The position numbers and the translations under genes were made by a program. Positions 57,986 through 64,000 of a stretch of 64,000 bases of DNA are shown here, in pieces (position 1 is the stretch's first letter; every line of letters begins with the position of its first letter). Under the pieces are notes generated by a model that saw only the letters and a program-made list of their open reading frames with translations, ran no database searches and was not told where the DNA came from. This DNA is from a virus. Location of the stretch: the IMG/VR virus record IMGVR_UViG_3300018080_000142, positions 1 through 64,000 of that record, one strand, 5' to 3'.

Positions 57986-58761
57986 GCATCCTGTTTAACA
58001 AAGACCGTAGGGTAGAATTCTCAAAGGATACACACACCTACACCATTGCGGGAAATCCTCTGCAGAGCGTAACCAGGTTACTCAGCTCGGTAATGATTCC
58101 GTTTGAAAGCCAGAAGATTTCCTATGCAATGGCAAAAGGTGATCCGGGCAGGCAGAAAGAGATCCTGGAACAGTGGGAAGAAAAGCGTGTCAGCGCTGAG
58201 AACAGGGGCAACTGGATCCACGACAACATTGAATCGTTCGTTAAGTTCGGCAATTATGATGAGAAGCTGCAATCTGTGGTTAGCCAGATGAAACCAGTTC
58301 TCAAAGAAGGCTACCGGTTCTATTCCGAAGCAATGGTATACTCAACGGAGCATATGGTTGCCGGGCAGACAGACCTGGTCGTACAGAGGCAGAAATCGCT
58401 TAATTCGGTATTCGATTTCTATGATCTCAAGACTAACGAAGCGAAAGGGATCCAGTTCGACAGTATCTACCGGAAGAAGGATCCGCACCGGCACTACAAT
58501 AAGTTCCTGCTTCCACCGCTTGACCACCTGGAAGATTGCAACTACAATATATATTCCCTGCAGCTCAGTATGTATGCACATCTGGCTCAGGAAACCTGGG
58601 GGATCAAGATAGGAAAGCTTGCAATACTTTTCATTGATAACGACCTGCAGCTGCATCAGTATCCCGTACCATACATGAAAATGGAGGTAAAGAAACTTCT
58701 CGACAGCAGGAAAAATCTCAAGAGCATTCCAGCAACCACTGATGATGATGATTGGGTATGA
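57979..58761 (+). CDS. PD-(D/E)xK nuclease
   Basis: HTY...SVT, RGNWIH, SEAMVY...AGQTDLV, YDLKTN and YSLQLSMY motifs. Confidence 0.8.
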   Translation: MVSILFNKDRRVEFSKDTHTYTIAGNPLQSVTRLLSSVMIPFESQKISYAMAKGDPGRQKEILEQWEEKRVSAENRGNWIHDNIESFVKFGNYDEKLQSVVSQMKPVLKEGYRFYSEAMVYSTEHMVAGQTDLVVQRQKSLNSVFDFYDLKTNEAKGIQFDSIYRKKDPHRHYNKFLLPPLDHLEDCNYNIYSLQLSMYAHLAQETWGIKIGKLAILFIDNDLQLHQYPVPYMKMEVKKLLDSRKNLKSIPATTDDDDWV

Positions 58762-59288
58762 GCGTTTTTAAAGTAGATAGGAACTTCCAGATAATTCTTA
58801 ACAAAGATGCCGTTAAGCTTGTCCCGGAACTGTCAACACTCAGCCAGGAAGAACTGAGGTATGTCATCCTGGTCGTTGATTATGTTGACGGTCCCTTCCG
58901 TAAGAAACCTCTCGAGGAAAGGAAACTCATGGCAAGAAGGCAGATCTATAAGAACTCAGCCAGGGATCCGGAAAGTGAGAAGGTGAGAATTGCAATGGAA
59001 GCTTATAAAGGACTTGTCTTTGATATTCGCAGGGAAACCGTAGATGTTTTCAGCACAAAAATCACAGCACTACAGAAAGAGGCATTGGAGCCGAACATTA
59101 CCTATACACGTATGATCGAGATCGACAAGACAATATCTTTCATGCAGGACCGGATCACATCGATCAACCACGAACTTGATGTGGAGGAAGGGGAGGAAGT
59201 AGAATTGAAAGGACAGAAGAAACTTTCTTACATCGAGATATGGCAGGGCAGGCAGCGTAAATTCGCCGAGTATCAGAAAAATATGTAA
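58752..59288 (+). CDS. Hypothetical protein (candidate terminase small subunit by position)
   Basis: Helical 178-aa ORF coupled to terL. Confidence 0.4.
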   Translation: MGMSVFKVDRNFQIILNKDAVKLVPELSTLSQEELRYVILVVDYVDGPFRKKPLEERKLMARRQIYKNSARDPESEKVRIAMEAYKGLVFDIRRETVDVFSTKITALQKEALEPNITYTRMIEIDKTISFMQDRITSINHELDVEEGEEVELKGQKKLSYIEIWQGRQRKFAEYQKNM

Positions 59289-61438
59289 TGGGTTGGCAGA
59301 AACCATATGTCCCGATAACAAAAAGAAAGAATTTCAATCCCTACCCGGTTGCAGGGAATATACCCTTATTCGCTGATGGCAAGACAAATCCGAAGGTAAT
59401 CGGTACAAAGCCGTATGAAGAATTTTGGGATGAGCAGTTTGATCGCTGTATAAACGGATACAGCACCGGCGGTATCGATATCCCAGGAAGATATTACTTC
59501 TACCTGAATTTCCATATCCTTACCGGTCTTAAAGGTCCGATGTACCCGATGTTTGTTGACCTGGACCTTGAGTACTACCGTCTTGTGGATTATGTTAAGA
59601 AACACCAGAAACCCGGTATAGTATCTCCCAAGGCCCGTAGAAAGGGACTGAGTGAAAAAGCGCAGAACATACTGAGCCACGGCATAAGGTTCATCCAGGA
59701 CTACCGTGGAGCCATCGCTGCCGGTCTGGATACTTACCAGGTCGGGCTCAGGAAAAAGTTCGATGCTGCGCAGTCAAAGTATCACGATGAATTGCGACTG
59801 AATGTCCTAAAGGATAATGAGAAAATGTTCCATGTGGGATATGAACGCAAGGATCCCATCGGTGGTTTCGTAGTTGACGGTCATGGTGGCCGTCTTTCTT
59901 TTGAAACAATGTATGACGATGCCAAGAAACTTGAGGGTGAGTATTTCCATGATGTAGTCTTTGAGGAATCCGGTCAGTTTAAACTACTTGGTGAGGCATT
60001 CGAATCAATAAAGCCTGCCCTGGAATTCGGATCGCTGATGGCCGGAACATTCTATATCTACGGGACCGGTGGCAATATCCTGTCAACATCCAAGGACTTC
60101 AAGGAATTTTGGGATGCTGCAGAGACCTATGGACTGGAAAGATTTTGGGTTCCCGGAACACGGATGTATTATCCATTTTTCGGTAACAAACTCAGTGAGT
60201 ATCACACAGATCCGGACAACGGAAAGAAAATTGACGCAATTCCGAACTTGAGGCATATGAAACCATATCAAAGACTTGGTTGTGAGGACATTGAAGCAGC
60301 CAGGGAATATATCCTCAAGAAAAGGGTAGAATATGCCAAACTGCCTAACAAGAAAAAACTGAAGGAACACAACCAGAACTATCCTCTGACCATTGAAGAA
60401 GCATTTACATCAGGTGGATCCAATAACTTCAATGATGAGTTGATCTACTCGAGATTGTTTGATATAGAAGGCGATACCGGGATTTACAAGCCTATTGTAC
60501 TCGAGTGGCTGTATGAGGTCAATGAGGATGGCGTGAAAAAGCGAAAGCTTCCTCTCGAGGTGAGGTGGAGGCCGGCAAAGAAAAATGACAAGGAAGGGTT
60601 GATCGTATGGGTATATCAGTTTCCGAGAAAGGATCTCATAGATCTCGATGTCGGAGGTATTGACGGCTACAACCAGGACCAGACTCAGACAGGATCCTCT
60701 CTGGGTGCAATGACCGTTGTGAGGCAGGGAAATAAGGTGAACCTCGAGAAAGAAGGAATTCACCGGGCAGAATATCCGGTCTGCCTGTATTACCAGCGCC
60801 CTGCCAGGAAAGAGATCTTTTACGAGATCTGCCTGATGATATCTGTAATGTACGGACTCAGAAGGAATACTATGGCGAATGCGGAGCAGGACTTTGTCAT
60901 AGACTACTACGTAAAAAACGATGGCAGGATATATCTCTCACCGCGTCCGAAATCGTTCGAATCGCAGAAGTCGCAACAACTTCACAAGTATGGTGCGAAA
61001 ATGACCGGTTATTCAAAACCGATGATCCTGGGACTTGTCCAGAGCATGATCGAGGATTTCATCCAGTTCTATAATTTCCCACCTATGTTGCGTGACATGC
61101 TTGCTTATGATGAAGAATACATAGGTACTGACTGGGATTCTGTTGACGCGCTGGCCTATGCCAAGATGCGCATCGAGGATATGAAAACCAGACCGCGCCA
61201 GGCTCCGGATGAATCGGATGATACTTATGACGAACCTGAATGGAAATATGACAAGGATGGGAATGCTATTTTAGTTGAGAGAGAACCGGCCGACAGAGGC
61301 TCCAAACCAAAGAAGGGAACACCGCTGGAAGGCCCCGGAGGATGGAGACACGGATTCAGTTATGATGAAATTGACAAGGAAGAAAAAAAGCACCGGGAGG
61401 ATCTTGACAGCGAGACTGATTGGCAAAAAATACTCTAA
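59288..61438 (+). CDS. terL: Terminase large subunit (crAss-like)
   Basis: Walker A-like KARRKGLS, Walker B VVFEESG, YGTGG coupling motif, YPLT.EEAF, nuclease GGIDGY and D..DA. Confidence 0.88.
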   Translation: MGWQKPYVPITKRKNFNPYPVAGNIPLFADGKTNPKVIGTKPYEEFWDEQFDRCINGYSTGGIDIPGRYYFYLNFHILTGLKGPMYPMFVDLDLEYYRLVDYVKKHQKPGIVSPKARRKGLSEKAQNILSHGIRFIQDYRGAIAAGLDTYQVGLRKKFDAAQSKYHDELRLNVLKDNEKMFHVGYERKDPIGGFVVDGHGGRLSFETMYDDAKKLEGEYFHDVVFEESGQFKLLGEAFESIKPALEFGSLMAGTFYIYGTGGNILSTSKDFKEFWDAAETYGLERFWVPGTRMYYPFFGNKLSEYHTDPDNGKKIDAIPNLRHMKPYQRLGCEDIEAAREYILKKRVEYAKLPNKKKLKEHNQNYPLTIEEAFTSGGSNNFNDELIYSRLFDIEGDTGIYKPIVLEWLYEVNEDGVKKRKLPLEVRWRPAKKNDKEGLIVWVYQFPRKDLIDLDVGGIDGYNQDQTQTGSSLGAMTVVRQGNKVNLEKEGIHRAEYPVCLYYQRPARKEIFYEICLMISVMYGLRRNTMANAEQDFVIDYYVKNDGRIYLSPRPKSFESQKSQQLHKYGAKMTGYSKPMILGLVQSMIEDFIQFYNFPPMLRDMLAYDEEYIGTDWDSVDALAYAKMRIEDMKTRPRQAPDESDDTYDEPEWKYDKDGNAILVEREPADRGSKPKKGTPLEGPGGWRHGFSYDEIDKEEKKHREDLDSETDWQKIL

Positions 61439-61483
61439 TAATTTATTATTCTCACGATTTTTTTATATTTTTGGATTGGTGTA

Positions 61484-63700
61484 ATGTCAATTTTCCCTGA
61501 TATAACTGATAAGGACTTCTCTTTACGCGGGAAAGAAAACCCCGATGTAAAGCAGATGCTTGATTATGCTGTCCTGCAATGGGAGGCCCGCCACGACCGG
61601 CGGGAGAGAGTTGAAAAGCTCTACAATTCCTTCAACGGTATAGTTGACGAAGCCGAAATAAATTCCATAATCAAGACCACAGGGAAGAAATCCAAAACAA
61701 AATATGTCAAATACCGGTTAGGCAGATCCAAGCTTAAGCAGCTCCACGGCGAATTTCTTGAGATACCCATCCAGCCAATTGTCCGAAGTACCAATCGTGA
61801 CGCTCAGAATGAAAGGATGCAGAAATACAAGAAAGCACTGGCATTGTCAGTAGCAAAACCTTTCATCGAACAGGCAAGAGCAATGGGATACGATGTCTAT
61901 TCCGGTGTTGAAATACCCGACAAGAACGATAAAAGCTTCTGGAACATCAACAATTTTAAGCTTGCCAATGAGATCATAATGAATCATATCATTGAGGACA
62001 AGCTCACAAACGAGAGGCTTAAATCAGAATTCCACGCTAACTTTGTTGATCTCACCATTGCGGCCGAGGTTCACGGCAAAAACGAACGTGATGCCGATGG
62101 AAAGGATACCTACCGATTTATTCCGGCAAAATTTGCCCTGTACGAAGAAACAGTATTCGATCCATTCCTTGACAGAACACCATACAAGGGTGAGGTAAGA
62201 TTCATGTATTATCATGAACTCCTATCAAACCCTGAATTTAATCTCGACCAGGATCAGCTTGGAAGGCTGAAAGAGATCAGGCAAGAATTCAATACCGAAG
62301 ATAGGCAGGGTAACATTGAAATTATCAATGGTTATCCCGCCTTCCCGGTTTATACGATCCAATGGAAAGGACTGGAAACGGTCTACGTAAAGATATCCCC
62401 GGCGAAAGATTCCGATGAACCTTACAAAAGGATCCTCAGCAGGGAATATTTCAATGCCAACAAAGGCAAACTCCGCAGGGATGTCCAGAACGGAAAGTAT
62501 AAGATCATAAGGAAATACCGGGAAGTGATCTGGACAGCCTCACGCATTACAAAAGACATTTATACCCCGGCCAAAAAGGAAGAATACATAATCCAGAGAC
62601 TCAATGAAAATGGCCGGCTTACCGCTGACTTTGACTATACCGGAATGCTTTTCTCAACAGTCAACGGAACCAGGGTATCGATCCAGGAGATCATATATGA
62701 ACTCGAGAGGATCTATGATGATATCCGGTTCATGATCAATAAGGAGATCCGTAAGATCAGGGGCGACACGCTTGCCTATGACGATGCATTCCTGCCGAAA
62801 GGTAAGCGGTTCATTGATATACTTCACAGTATAAGCGAGGACGGTGTTGTTCGATTCAACTCATCGGCTGAAGGTAATCTCAGCGCATCCGATGTTGATA
62901 GCAACAAAGTGGGAATACAATCCCTTAACTTGGGACAGAGCCAGACACTGCTCGTATTGATGAATCAGGCAATGGATATCGAAAGGGTCATGGACCGGAT
63001 TACCGGGATGAATGAATCGCGCCAGGGACTTGAAAAGGCAACTACCACGGCTACGACCAATATAAACAATGTCGAGGCTTCCAGATCAATGACATACGAT
63101 ATGTTCTATTTCATGTCGGATTACATCGAGAGGGTTCTTGAGAAACTTTGTGAAAAAACAAAACTGAACAAGACATATCATGGACTCGATTCACGTCAGT
63201 TCATTTTCTCGGACGAGGAAATAAAATACCTGATATCAACGAAAAATCTTATCTACCACAACTACGCGGTTTCAATAGTTGATGGTAAAAAGGAAAGAGA
63301 TACCATTCGGAAGATTGAACTTCTGTTCCCGCAGGAGATCAATGCAGGTATGCTCCGAACGAAAGACGTAGCCAAATTCTATATGGAGAGCAATTTTGCC
63401 AAGGCCATCAAGATACTTGACCAGGCTCATGAAGAACTTGCTACGATCCGTAAACAGGAAATCAAAGCTTCCCAGGAAGCGAAACAGCAGGAGGTTGAGG
63501 CCAAGCTTAAAATAGCTACCGATGACCGCGAGGACAACCAGCAGCATGACAAGGAAATGGAACTGCTTCGTACCGAGGGCAAGAAAGAAGTGGAGGTTCT
63601 CAAAGGTGCTATGAAGGCCACCCAGGATTTTCAAAATGATCTTGGGAAAGCCAACATCGAAAAACAGAAATCATCCCCTGAAAATCCATTCGAGACTTAA
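61484..63700 (+). CDS. Portal protein (crAss-like)
   Basis: 738-aa gene after terL. MDRITGMNESRQG motif and C-terminal coiled coil. Confidence 0.8.
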   Translation: MSIFPDITDKDFSLRGKENPDVKQMLDYAVLQWEARHDRRERVEKLYNSFNGIVDEAEINSIIKTTGKKSKTKYVKYRLGRSKLKQLHGEFLEIPIQPIVRSTNRDAQNERMQKYKKALALSVAKPFIEQARAMGYDVYSGVEIPDKNDKSFWNINNFKLANEIIMNHIIEDKLTNERLKSEFHANFVDLTIAAEVHGKNERDADGKDTYRFIPAKFALYEETVFDPFLDRTPYKGEVRFMYYHELLSNPEFNLDQDQLGRLKEIRQEFNTEDRQGNIEIINGYPAFPVYTIQWKGLETVYVKISPAKDSDEPYKRILSREYFNANKGKLRRDVQNGKYKIIRKYREVIWTASRITKDIYTPAKKEEYIIQRLNENGRLTADFDYTGMLFSTVNGTRVSIQEIIYELERIYDDIRFMINKEIRKIRGDTLAYDDAFLPKGKRFIDILHSISEDGVVRFNSSAEGNLSASDVDSNKVGIQSLNLGQSQTLLVLMNQAMDIERVMDRITGMNESRQGLEKATTTATTNINNVEASRSMTYDMFYFMSDYIERVLEKLCEKTKLNKTYHGLDSRQFIFSDEEIKYLISTKNLIYHNYAVSIVDGKKERDTIRKIELLFPQEINAGMLRTKDVAKFYMESNFAKAIKILDQAHEELATIRKQEIKASQEAKQQEVEAKLKIATDDREDNQQHDKEMELLRTEGKKEVEVLKGAMKATQDFQNDLGKANIEKQKSSPENPFET

Positions 63701-63725
63701 TTTTTTTATTTAATACATTATTATT

Positions 63726-64000
63726 ATGACTGATGACACACAAACAAAAACAGGATTCCAGGAAGTCGATGAAGAAGATGACTTCGAATTCGGGGGTACT
63801 GGGAAAGGAGAAGGTGGATCTGATGAAGGATCTGAAGGAGGATCCGCTGCTTCCAGAAGTTCCGGGGGCGATGATAGTGACGATAGCGGGTCGAAAGGTG
63901 ATGATGGGGCAGAGAGCAAGAAAGGATCTGAGTCAGGCGCTGCAGGAGATGGCAGCGGAGATATGGCTGGCTCGGCAGAAGAAACTGGCGATGATACCGG
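63726..64000 (+). CDS. Acidic G/S/D/E-rich protein (scaffold-like by position), 3'-truncated
   Basis: ATG at 63726 after an AT-rich leader. MTDDTQTKTGFQEVDEEDDFEF... stays open to the window end. Confidence 0.6.
   Translation, partial: MTDDTQTKTGFQEVDEEDDFEFGGTGKGEGGSDEGSEGGSAASRSSGGDDSDDSGSKGDDGAESKKGSESGAAGDGSGDMAGSAEETGDDT

Noticed and set aside
1-64000. Stop-codon reassignment as in some crAss-like phages
   Set aside because: Long genes are uninterrupted in the standard code, TAA, TAG and TGA all end tightly packed genes, and no suppressor tRNA was seen.

Overview
This window is 64 kb of a large dsDNA phage genome with Crassvirales-like (crAss-like) organisation. The host is probably a Bacteroidota, inferred from TAnnTTTG promoter elements, AT-rich leaders without SD sequences and a Bacteroidota-type tmRNA tag. 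There are three blocks. (1) 1-26984 (+) is the virion/tail module: tail stabilisation-like protein, two putative cargo proteins, a 4533-aa virion RNA polymerase polyprotein (DxDGD, zincin HExxH, PD-(D/E)xK domains), tail fibres and a holin-like protein. (2) 27029-52857 (-) is the replication/accessory arm: GroES-like, UDG, SSB-like, HU-like, primase-helicase, SF2 helicase, DnaA domain IV protein, DnaJ, RadC/JAB, RepL-like and many small ORFs, with no recognisable DNA polymerase. (3) 53040-64000 (+) holds small genes, a DUF2829/Tad2-like protein, a nuclease, terminase large subunit and portal. The main finding is in the apparent intergenic gap 42850-43390 (-): a circularly permuted, two-piece tmRNA gene. 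The acceptor piece comes first, then a ~280-nt structured intervening RNA, then the coding piece with tag GESRFDQEHRLAA*, flanked by a promoter-like element and a terminator. Also seen are a recurrent upstream motif (AATTATTTTC on the minus strand) and a candidate origin next to the RepL-like gene. All protein family calls come from motif recognition by eye; no database searches were run.
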